Under the pieces are notes generated by a model. It searched no databases and was not told where the DNA came from. It saw only the letters and a list, made by a program, of their open reading frames with translations. From NCBI RefSeq assembly GCF_964204645.1, contig NC_134026.1:24462150-24526149 (forward strand): a stretch of DNA of 64,000 bases. The letters are read 5' to 3'. This DNA comes from Tubulanus polymorphus (lineage: Eukaryota > Animalia > Nemertea). Each line of letters starts with the position of its first letter. Positions within the stretch are counted from its first letter, which is position 1. This document shows positions 49,011 to 61,493 of the stretch, one piece after another. Made by a program: the position numbers and the translations under genes.

Positions 49011-49980
49011 TTTCTTTTGTTCATTTATTGTACACTATGGATGTTGTGTTTCTTCTTGACTAATGTGATAGTCCTATCACAGCTGCATTACTTAGGGGGG
49101 TATTTAATTACCATATTTGTCTACCAATGACTACTTACAAGTCCCCATTTAATTGTTCTTTAAATAAACACTAAGGAAATCAGAGAAACAGATTTTGGAA
49201 TGGTAGACCAGTTTCGAGAGACACTCATAAAAATAATTAAAGAAATTGTGTATCAAAGACATTATGATCATAATTTATTTACAATTACAAATTATATATA
49301 AGTTGAATTTGCACAAAAATGTTAACTTCAATAAATGAACAGAGAAAAGCCCTATAATAAATCACTACTGGTTTTGAAACAAAGACTAATGAAAGTAGGT
49401 AAATATCAACTCCTGGTAAAAATCCCTCAGTTCTCTGTATAAAGCCCAAATGAAAATAGATAATTATTATGTACATAGATATTTTACTATAACTTTCGGA
49501 CCTAATTTTTTAACAGAAATTTTAACAAAAACTACTAACAATATTATTTTTATGCATGTTACTTGCTTAAAGTCACAGAGTAATGTCATTTCATGACCAT
49601 AGCTTGGTAAAAGTCACACATTGTCAAAGAAAAACACCACGGAAAATTTGAAATTTTTGAAAACTACATATATATTTAAGTTTTTCAACAAGAATATTGA
49701 CGAATTTTATTTAAATTTGCTGTGAAACCAAGTTTTGGGTACTTTCACCGGGTGGGATTATCTGTTACCCATTCTAATAACATTCTAATAACATTCTTTA
49801 ACATCCATGGTTCAGACATCTGCAAAATACAAATCATGTCCATATAGAGTATCACAAGGAAAAAATGTTAGAATATGAAATAAATTTAGGATAAATTCTA
49901 AAGAAATGCATTCAAATTATTACACTGGATAAAGAATAATGAGACGAGTAGTACTGTATAGGTTAACTATTTATTTGACG

Positions 49981-50021
49981 CACAAGCTTTCGATTCTAAT
50001 GAATAAAAGCTTCATCAGGTG
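49981..50021 (-). ncRNA. Minimal hammerhead ribozyme (Penelope-like remnant), stem II partly decayed
   Basis: Minus strand CAC-CTGATGA-agcttttattcattagaatc-GAAAGCTT-GTG followed by AATAAA. Confidence 0.6.
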
Positions 50022-51828
50022 AATGAGTATAGTCAATGGAAAAACAACAGTATTTATAGGTAGAGACACCAATTACAGAGAACTGAGTGAGAAGAGTTAT
50101 TACAAATAAATGATGAGTGAAATAATTAATAACTAAGTGAGTGAGTAGATAATTAATTAATTAAGGAACAACAAACTAAAACAAATCAAAGAGAAATAGG
50201 TCTAAATCAAAATGAAACTATATCAAAGTAAAATAAACAGATGGTATCTAAGAGCAACGAATAACAAGAAATGGAAGTCCGAGATAAGTCGAGATACAAT
50301 GAATAACAAACGAAATAAAAACTGTAGTGGGACATGAATCCTAGGTAGATCGCGATTGAGGCCAAGATTGATTGAAGGATTGACACCTTGATAAAGAGTA
50401 AGACAACTGCACAAGGGCAATTAATCATAACATAGCCATCAGGACCAAGTTCCACAGTTGTTAGTTTAGGATTTGACTGAATCTATCAATGTTTTTGGGA
50501 TATTTCGCTAAATGTTTTGAACGCATGCCTCGAATTTGGTCTTCATACGACCAGTAAAACTGTGCAGCCTCAATGAACCATCGTTTTTTATCCATTTTAC
50601 ACTGTAGGCCTATTGAAGCATTGCCAAAGTCTTCATTTTCTCATGTTGGAATGAGAAAAGATCAGTTATTTAAGTCTCTTACCTCCGATTGAAATGATTT
50701 ACAGAAGACTTTTTAGCAATCAGTTTTAGCAATCCTTCAATACATAGTGTTTTTTAAATGGATAAAATTAAAAACGATGCGATGATGGCACAAGTTTCAC
50801 TGGTCGTAGGCCTATTACAATCGCCTAAGACTAAGACCAAATTGAGGTGCGAGTGTTCAGAAGATTTTTAAGAGAAATGTCCCAAAAAGATCAATTTCAG
50901 AAAAAAAAAATTTACAACTGACTCAGTGACTTGTGCCCGTGGAACTGGATCGGAGAAATGTGGCTCACCTTTTTTGCCGGCCGCTTGCGATCCGAAGTAC
51001 TGACCAACGAAACCTTAAACTAAAAAGTTTACTTAAAGAATAAGTAAGAAGGCCCTCTTCGTAGTAATAAGTTCACCAACTTTTGATAGTCTAGTCCAGT
51101 GGCAGTAGTGAGACGAATTTAAACGAAATAAGACGGACGAGTAGAGTAACTGAGCAGTCCGTATATCTGTTAACTGATAAATCTATGCAAGCTCGAAAAA
51201 TGTAGGTCCGTACGCTAGGGATTTTAAAATTCGAATGCGTAATAGGCCTAATTTGTATTGAATTGAATTGGAGCATACGCTGCTGCGATTGGTCAATTGT
51301 GGTCACGTGAGGTCTGTACTGAGGGTCGCTAGACGGGGCTGTATGCCATAAAATGGCGTCTGTAAATACCTCATTGAAGTGATAGATTTTTCAGTAATTA
51401 AATTCGGCGAATCGAAGCGAATGCGCGACTGTCCAGTGGTTTCAAGTGTTACTGCTCGACCAATTCTGAATGTAGGTACAATTCTTTTAACCTGTCTTCA
51501 TGGTCTGGAGTTAAAAATTATTTTCGATACTGATTGATGCTGTCGGACGTGGCTCTTCTGCTATCGCACACTTCTTTTTCGCACTTTCCTTCGGCAACCA
51601 ATCATCATCAATCCACACTACAGTACTATGTATATAGTACCTTGGATATTGGATGATCTAAGCTACAGTTCACCCCCAAGGCCAAACTTCAAATATGAGC
51701 CCCTGTGCATCAATCATTCGATTCAGCATGCGTTCGCATGATTGAGCGAGGTGAATGATATAAATATAAGTTAAAAAGTTGTCTCATACTATGTGTTTTC
51801 AGGCACGTTTTGTCATTGTTGGATAAAC

Positions 51829-53407
51829 ATGTCCCATAAAAATAAGAATAACTCTGCATCTGCTAATCATCGTTTGGAAGGAAATTCTCATTATGTGGAG
51901 GCACTTCGAAATGGAATCAATCCCTCAGTATCTGAGGTACGGTTACAGAAAGCCATCAACTGTTACTATCTAGCTGAACAGACATCCAATACTGATGAAG
52001 AAAAGGCTTCCGCGTCAAAAAACTATGCCATGGCTTCCTGGAAAATAGCTCATGTGAAATGGGCAAGAGGTGAAAAGATTATACTTGTAACGCACAATTT
52101 CAAAGAAGCCATAGATTATTTCATGCGGGCCCAGAGAGCTGGTAATTCCAAGAACTTGACTTGGTGGCAAAAATTAGAGGCATCAATCACCGAATGTTTA
52201 GACGCAGTTTTCGAATATCTCCTAGCAAATTACAGCAAAGGACAAGAACGTGGACGTCAGTTGGAAACATTTGCTCGTTTACTTCCGGATGGCATTTCGA
52301 AGGCTAAATGTTACTTAGAAATTGCGCGAGGTTTTTTCCACCAAGGAATTGAAGACATCAGTAATGGGATTTATGTGACCGCTTTATCATTGATGAAGGA
52401 GTGTTATTACCCGATAGAAGAGGCTGCTCGGCTCGGTAGGCATGACGTGGAATTGAGTTCTGATGTAAGAATACAAAGGGAAGATGTTTTCAATAATCAG
52501 TGCATTGCTGAATCCATGCAGTCAAGGCAACAAGGTATGTATACAACAGTTCGAACTTACTGAATTATTTTCCTTGCAGATAATCAATTTTACAGAGATA
52601 ATTGTTTTAGGGGATGATATGTACAAGGTGCTACTGATGGACACTGAAGAGTTAAGCATGGATCTGGCGTGGAATGTGATAGATTGCTATACTCAAGCTA
52701 TTGTGCAAACCAGAAATATGTCTGTAAGATCTGGGGTTTGAAAATTTGTACTTGTAATCAAGACTTTAAGACTGAAAAATCTGTTGTTTCAGATTGAAAA
52801 TGAGGCAGCTGCTCTGAGTCGATTGGGGCGAGTTTATTCCGTCGTTCTGAAAATGAAACACAAGGCTAAAGACTTGTTCCAGAAATCCATAGAGCTCGCG
52901 TTAACAATGGTGCCTTGTTCCCCAGAGAGAGAAGGTATGTTGTCAACTAAGATGAGAACTTGAACTCTGCCTTCAAACCTATTCTTGACAATAACATGAT
53001 ACAGGCATATTTTTTTTGTAGAATGGTTTCAAGAAGCCAAAGCTTTTGTTTCTAAATACCAACTTGAAAAACAAGAAGAGGAGAACAAGAAATGGGAAAA
53101 CCTGCGTAAACCATTCAGAGATGAGATTGATGCAGAGATAAGAAAACTTGATGAACTCGCAAATAAACGCGATGAAAAGAAATTACTTTCGTACATTTAC
53201 AAGACATATCCGCCGAAAGACAAAGGTGTTGTTGTGCTTCCCTCTGGTGAGAATTGGGATATGTCAACAAGTAAGAAGGCAATTACAAAAGCATTGATAC
53301 ATTACCATCCGGATAAAATTGATATGGAGAAATTCGGAATTAAATGGAAAGTTATTTGCGAAGAAATAACTAAGGTTTTAAATAATCGATTTACGTGTTA
53401 CAAGTAA
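51829..53407 (+). CDS. TPR-like helical-repeat protein with C-terminal J-domain-like HPD motif (exons 51829-52534, 52611-52723, 52793-52934, 53022-53407)
   Basis: In-frame GT-AG splicing. TPR-like helices (RLEGNSHY..LQKAINCYYLA; EAAALSRLGRVY..AKDLFQKSIELA). C-terminus KKAITKALIHYHPDKID..EEITKVLNNRF. Confidence 0.85.
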
Positions 53408-56032
53408 AAGCCAGTTCAGTATCATGTGTTTTAATTTTTACGGAGTTTTTATTGTTTTATCGTTTTCTAATCAATATATCGATTAAGATTCTAAATGCTT
53501 TGATTGCTGTTTATTTGACCGTGATATATTCTTAAATTGCTGGAATAGCGATTAGTTTTAATTACATAGCTCTTTACTACAATTTTAAATACTATTCTTG
53601 TGCATGTGAACCATTATTAATTTTGGCTCAATTATTATATAACGCAATATTCATTCATCATAATGTCTACATTCTACTCTATTCTACTACTGTCATACTA
53701 TTTTGCTGATCGTATACTCTGGTGTTATTTCTTATCTCGTATTGGTGCATTAAAACAGTATTATCCGCATTAATAATTGTGTAATTCAAATATTTTATGC
53801 ATGTTCATTAGAAAAGAATAGGAAAAATTTGTCCAGACTAGTGAAAATATATATCTGGTCATGAAAATAAATTAAGACATAAAGTTCATTTCTTATGGTA
53901 AAGGAATATATTCATTTCTGAAAGCAATCAAGACCCTAGACATAATTGGTAGGATAAGAAGTGTTTTAATGCAAATGTAGTAATAAAAACGCATCTTGCC
54001 CATCCACACATTCAATGTCTTCATTGCAAATATTCCCTTTCAATAAACAAAATGCCCTTGAATGTGCCACAAGACCAAAGGAAGGCATTGAATCTATCCT
54101 TGAAACACCACCGACCAACATCGACTGGATTTAACAAAGACAATGGTGGTTGATGGCAGTGCCCATAAAAGGAGTATTTGTTTTGTTTATATCTGCATCC
54201 TCTTGCGAAACCACTAAATCAAATACGTGTAAAACTGTCATCAACATGAGAAGATTTGTATGGCCAACATCCCATCAAGACGCTCCCGGTTTGAGCATAA
54301 GTCTAATCATAACATGTTGTATCCAGCAAACTCGACCAGAAGTAACTAAATAACAAGTGGATTAAAATAGTGCAATTTTTATATTCAGATAATTTTTGGG
54401 ACATGTAGCTGAAGGTCTAACTACAGGCAAAGATGTACATTTGATACATGTATAAACATACTATTTAAATTCATCTATACATATATTTCAAATAAAATAT
54501 TTTCCAATGGAACAAACTCCACAAAATTTCTTAGTAATTGCCATATAATAATGCCTTATATGTAAACATATATTACCATTATATCATTTATATCAAGGTA
54601 TTAGGGTAATTATCAACTATATAACTTAAAAATATGAGTTCACTGAAATATCTTATTGCAAATATGTTTGACAATATATTATGATTTACAGATCTACAAT
54701 TTTTATTCATTAAGAGTTTACAAATATTGCATGACTCAATTATTTGAAGACTGCAAGTTATTCTTTAACTAAACAACTGTTGCTAAGGTGGGTTTGAAAA
54801 TATACGATAAAAATCTTTGTACTATGTACAATTCCAACTTTTCAACGCTGATTTCGTAACAAGGAACATGTTTAAGAATAATCGAAACTGTACATAATAT
54901 ATGATATACTTCCAAAAGTAAACTTGTGGTCATTCAAATCAGATGAATCTTATGAATACAGAAACATGGGATGACCTTCGACGCTTCAATGTTCTCAAAT
55001 AAAATTTTAGACCGATATAAACGAAATTGAAAAAGTATAAAAATTCTGTTAAATACCGTAGTGCTGATCCCCAACAATACAACTCCATAGAATTTCAAAG
55101 AGTTTTTCATTAGCAACCTATTAGAATATCTGTAGTTCCAGTGAAATTCTGCAATTTTCTTAGGTTTTTTGCCTAGGCAAAAAAGCTAACCAATATGAAA
55201 ATAAGCCATTGAAGTTCTTGTGCATTAAAGATCTAATATCTATGTTCACCACACTAATGGATTGAAATGTAAAATGGCACCTGTTTGTGAACATTCTGTA
55301 CTCAGATACAATGTATATGGATATACACTTTATATAATCATTTTCGCCAACCATTACTGAACATTTCTTTATTCATCAACATATTGAATCAAACATCAGT
55401 TATTTCCATGAACATCAGTTATCTTTGCCAGTCAAATGAAGAAGTCAATACAACATTTATCGGACAGCTTCAGATTTTCTTTATGCATCTACAAGAGGGA
55501 CAGATATGCAAGATATGTGTACACAAAATAACGTTTTGATGTCTACTTCAAACCTCGTAAAACCATACTGCACTGGTCATGAATGATGAATTCGATGAGG
55601 TGCAGATGAAACTAGTAACCAACAACGGCGTCTGCCCTAAACATCAATTCAACATCCTACAGTGTTTCTTAGAAAAACAAAATCCTGAATCAGGTGACAC
55701 CGGAATCAAATATCGACAAATGAACTAATTTCAACTGGAGTTGGGTCTAATCATCAAAATTGCAGTGAAGCTAAAAAATGCATAACTCTGACATGATGCA
55801 TGCACAACAGTTTCAGAAAAATTTTCAAATATTTCGACAGAAAATGAAGTAACATGGAACGAAGTACCAAGTATTCAAACATATGAAAAATTCAGATGTA
55901 ACGATTTTTAAAAACGCACATTTTACATGCACAAATATTGAGCACAAGTATTTTTTGTAACAAATCACAAAATATATAATGATATTAAAATACACAGTAA
56001 CACTGTAAATATAATTTGATTGTACAGTGATG

Positions 56033-59000
56033 CTACACATACTGGATCTCAGAATCTGGTTCAGCAAAGTACTTTCCTGAAAATACAGAAAAGAGTACTG
56101 TAGATTTCATGTAAAAACTTCCAAGATGCATCCTATGTTTGACAATTTGATGACACCGGGAATTCATGTAAGCCATCACCTCAATATCCTTCTGTAAATT
56201 CTTACCTGATGATAATCGTCGTTTTGCTAATGATAATCTGTACCCTGGTCCGACGAGTTCGAAATCAATTCCTGAGATAGTAGATCCCTCACACAAAAAT
56301 TGAACAGCAACATTTTGAGGTGTACTGGGTCCAGCAGCCACCTCAAATTTAGCCCGTATACACCCTTGTCCGCCATTTTCATTCATATCTGACACACTAT
56401 CTAATTTCCACGTTGCCCGTTGTTTATCCTTCGACCTGAAGCGAAAAACAATTTCGATAACTATTGACTCAAATATCTAAGAAAAATTCATTCTTTATCC
56501 TGAGCTACTCAGATGAAAGAACTAGGTAGGTAGAGAAATGACCGTCAACTTACCAGAAACCAGCTGGAAGGGATTGTAAAGATGTGGCATCACCATTAAC
56601 TGGGACTAGAATATTCACATTACACAAAGGCATAGGATTCGACAAAGCAGCACCATTATAACTATAATCCAATTTAAAGTCTGTATGAGATGCCTCGCAT
56701 TTCCAATAAGGCGTTATATGTAACGGTGTACTTTGCGCCTCCGGGAGAGGTTTCACCTAGAAATGTGAATTCGACGAAAATGTTTCATCATAAAATGAAT
56801 AATGTGTTCAATCAGTCATTGAAGATTTTTGAAAAACTCACCTGATACTTTAATATATCTACATTATAATATGAGGCATTTTTATGTTGATCAGCTTGAG
56901 TTCGTAAATGGTCGATCAAGGCTGTCATGTGAAATAAAAACATTCTACTATCACTAGTGCTTTGGCGTGTATCCCTAAAATAGAAATAACAATTCAAAAA
57001 TAATGCCCACAAAAATAGGGGTCCAGGGACACCGTACCCACTAGGTGAAATGCTTGACAATGTGACAATTTCAATATTCAACACCCTCTGGTGAACAAAT
57101 CAAGTAATCAATAAGCATGAAACTCATCACAATCATGAAACTTGTCATGAGCAAGAATTTTGTGGTTGATTGTGTTTAAAAAGATATGCCGAAGTACCAT
57201 CATACGAAGTTTAATACCACTAATTCTTCTATTCAACACATTTCAATACTCACTCTGTTATGAGGTTCTTATTCGTAACTAAAGACTCCAATCTGTTCAT
57301 ATTTTTCATTCTAAATGTAAGCTGCGCTGGAGATGGATTTTCAGTAAGAACTCGCACGATACCCTGTGGAAACGACATCTTCATGTCTCCAGACAGTCGC
57401 ACTAGACACCTGACATACAAATAATACACACAGCATTGACTGTTGATATCTATACAGAAAATCAACATGATGTTAATTGATTCAAGACTCACTTCGAATG
57501 ATTTGATCCTTTGAAAATTGCATTGATAGTTTCCGTATAGGCAACTGCTAATGGAATAGTATCCGACATGCCAATAGTCAGTGGACTCGGTCCCCTCGAT
57601 GAACCAATAGGAACTGATGTAGTATTAAATGTTATACTACTAAGACTACCTTGACTGTCGTTTCGACTCATGTTCGTAATTGGACTTTGTCGACCTCTGG
57701 TTGTCTATAATTGATCAAATGCCATAACTGCTGTTTAAGCTCATCAATAAATATGATTTCATGACAATAATTAAGTTACAAAATACTTACCAATTTTGTT
57801 CGAGAGGCTGTCTTAGGTGGTGGTCCAGGAAGGAGCACAGGAGATGAACCAGAAAGGCCATTTCGATGTTGTTTGGCAGGAAGAGCTGGTGGAGTATCGT
57901 TATCATTTTCATAATTATCTAAATATGGACCTGTGAAAAATAAAACCATTAAAGGTCGATGCAGATTGAATGCAGTATATACATTTAGATATAAATGATT
58001 TAGACATACCTGGTGTAGAAACTGGTGTTGAAGACACAGGGGTGGATGCCTCGCTGCCTGCATTACTTGAAAACCCACTATGATTAGAACAACTTGGGAA
58101 CAATGATGACGGGAAGGAATAGTTACCACCGGTGGGAGTCGATGCACTTGATGATGCAAACAGATTTGACATCGTTTGACTTGTACCGAGCAAATCCTGA
58201 CTAGGTTTAGCAGCACTACAAATTACAACCAACCATCAAACTGAATTCTGGGGCAAAATCCATATTCATTGCTTTTTGTTGCTTTTCATTGTATTCTATA
58301 GACTCTATCTCAGTCAATGAAGGGAGGGTTACTTACTGTATAGTGTCAGAAACTGAGACTGAACGCTTCATATTGTTGGCATCTGATGAACTATTACTAA
58401 CACTCCGACGACGCTAGAAAATACCAAGATATATATATTAGACAATTCTTCAACATTATAATAACTTATCAAGATAATAGGAGCTGATAAACTTACTCCT
58501 CCGACGGGAGATAATTTCAACCCCTCAAAAGATGCACGGATATCATCGACATTGGATGTACTGGTTGAAGAACCATTTGGACTCAGAGGCTTAATTTCTA
58601 CTTTGATTTTGCGTAATTTATCAGAATCAGCATCTGAAACAGAAACATATGCAGAATGGATAAAAAACCTGTTTAAGAGGGTTTTACACTGCTGATTATT
58701 CCGAGATTGGGATGGAGAAGAAATATCACCTGATTCGCTATCTGAACTTGAACTGTCTTGGGTACCTGAAATTTACAAGAATCATAGATGAAAATGAAAA
58801 CTTGTACACGAGTAAGTATCAACTAGATGGAGAGACTTTTACCATAGTTTAAAGGGTCATCTGGCCGTATGCTGTATCCTTCATCATCTACCATAGGTGT
58901 TGGAGTTGCCTGAACAAATATAACTTGAGATCATTAGATGGCTATAACTCCGAAAAAAAATCATATTAGACATTTTACATATCATGACACTCACCCTCTC

Positions 59001-61493
59001 AAGACTATTGACATCCCTGAAATGTAAGAGGAGTTGTCCATTAGTTTCAAGTCGAATTAGATTGAATCCAAAAAGTTCTCTGAGCTAATCATAATTTATG
59101 TAAACATATTCTATAATTCCGACAAAAATCATTTTCACTGTGTGGATATAATGCAATTACTAAAGGACTGGTTATAGTTCTATAGTGTAGTATATAATAA
59201 TAATAATGATGATAATAATAATAATAAATAATGATATAATATCATAAATAGAATGACAATATCATAAATATAACAACAAATCAAATTGATCATTGACAAT
59301 GAAATGAAGTGGAAAATCTTCAGAAAAGAGTCTGTTTTTTCCTGAAAACTGAGTGAGAATATCACTCACAGTACCGGTACTGTAACCCAAAATACTGGTA
59401 CTGTCAAAACATGACCGTAGTCTTGCTCCAGCACAATAAGTTCATTCAGTTTTCAGGTGAAACATCACATGAACAGTAAACAATCGAACATCAAATTAAC
59501 AAATAGCTCTAACAGAAAATCAGCAACGGCTGAAACATTAGTGATAACGCAGGCAGTCTAAGTTACTGCTCAGAATTTTCGCAAAAGGTAGAATCTGACC
59601 ATTGCGCATGCGTGTCTCTTGTGAGAAAAAAGCTAACTATTTTTTTCTGGCGCTGAATGTCCATATCTTTGACACAGTCTGATCGATAACAGCATACATG
59701 GACATGTACCCTCCCTAAACAAAATAGAATTGGACTAACTGCAGTAGTGCCTGTGATGAGATTGCGTGCACATATCAGTTTTCAGAAAGTTTGTGAATTT
59801 TCATTCCATTTAATCACTGTAACCTTGGAAGACATGAAAGCGATATGAATAAAGCTATTTCTAATTTTTGAATATACAGTATAGGACAGGTGTTAATGGG
59901 CAAGGGTTGATACTAGTGATTACTACACTTGATGATAATTAATGATATCTTGCTTGCAGGAGAGAGCCGAAATCAGTTTGTAATTACCGATATTACTACC
60001 TGTATTATGTTGATTTTAATGGGCTTAAGATTTCATTTTAGAACCTTAGTCCTTGAGAATGATTACTAACAAAAATTGGAATGTGCAAAAATCAAAATGA
60101 AATCTACAATCAAAATCAAGTTTATTCTCTAGAGATTGCTGAATTCATAAGTTAGGAAGGAGATATATAAGTACCGATAGACAAAAATATTAATTAATGG
60201 TTGTGAATTAATTATGATCGTATCCTTCCCTTTTTTACAGTAGCTATGGTCAGTTACCTGAATAAAATTCAATTGTACACAGAGTTGACTAAAGCTACAT
60301 GAAAATGGAAGAATACCAAGACAGAATAAGCGAGTGCAAAAGATGGATAGGATACGACTGTCTCGTGTACATGAAAGTATTACAGATATTACATTAATAC
60401 CTTGAGATGTGGTGTCGACAGACGTATTTAGCGATGTTGCGCATCAGTATTGGGTTAGAGTGAGCCCATGCGGGGAAGGTACATGTACATGTAGCATAAG
60501 ATAGGGCGGTAGATGTATTCATATTGGGATCTACAGGCTCAAACAAACATGGATCATTCTGAATTCTACAGAAATATATAGATACACAATGATTAATACA
60601 AGAGCACAGCAGAAAATTCCCGTTTAGAGTTGTCTTATTGTATTAGTTAGTATCGAAAGTTGAAAATGAATATATGAATGAATGAAATGCGCGATTAATA
60701 ACCAGTTACTCGTTACATTCTGGTATTGATGATAATGAAGTCCACACCCCATGCACGTGTAGCCTCGAAACAAAGTGCGACCAACTTTTTTTGATAAGGA
60801 AATAAAATACTGAGTTGAAGAGACCACAACAACAGACAAAAATGCCCCCCAAGTCATGTACATTAATTTCACAAACAACAGCATTAATTTTGTTGTTGCT
60901 TCATCTTTGTGACAAGGGGCACATTCTGTTTGACGTGGATTATATGTAATGTGACAATTTTTACCAGATAATCAACTCTGGCGGTGGACATAAGATGGGG
61001 CTGATAGCTCTCAGGCTAACTTTAGACAACTGCCGTACAGTTCTGGGGCTAATGGAAAGAAAATGAAACAAATGAAATAAGAGAGAAATGCATTTTAGAA
61101 AGAGGCGTGAAGTTAAAACACCACATTATCAAGTCTAAATGAAAATGTAATAAAGTGATCGAAATAACTCAATAACAACTCACAAAATCAAATGCCTGCA
61201 TGGATTACAGGGATTAAAACTATTCTACTTAAATCGATGACATTTCCAGCGCATTCTAATTATCTACGTCTTTTGAGGACAGCATGCTTAACCATGCGTG
61301 TTTAGGATTAGATTATATTTCATAAAAGCATTGGGAGGAAAGAATAGTTGAAATGTAGCCTAGCCTTGTTTCTCAAAAGTATGTCCGCTCAACGAAAAAG
61401 ATACGTACGGAGACTCTGATTCTTCTTTATCCTTGTCACTTTTTTTCTTCTTTTTCTTCTTTTCCTTTTCTTTCTTCCCTTTGCTGAGAAACC
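56033..61493 (-). CDS. FCHO2: FCH domain only protein (FCHO1/2, SGIP1-like): linker and mu-homology domain; F-BAR exons lie beyond the window
   Basis: Exons encode [14 protein letters not shown] (61409-61493), [122 protein letters not shown]; stop at 56033. The symbol denotes the FCHO1/2 pro-orthologue. Confidence 0.93.

Larger units (their letters stand above)
42241..51372 (-). mobile_element. 9.1-kb DNA transposon (internally deleted) with imperfect TIRs and 7-bp TSD
   Basis: Left end caggtataactgtatgccgttttacggcatgcagccccaattagcggccccag (42241-42293). Right end (51319-51372) reverse complement is gaggtatttacagacgccattttatggcatacagccccgtctagcgaccctcag. ATTGAAG at 42234-42240 and 51373-51379. 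Contains a spliced NRF1-like/Ulp1/PHD gene and a subterminal minisatellite. Confidence 0.82.
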
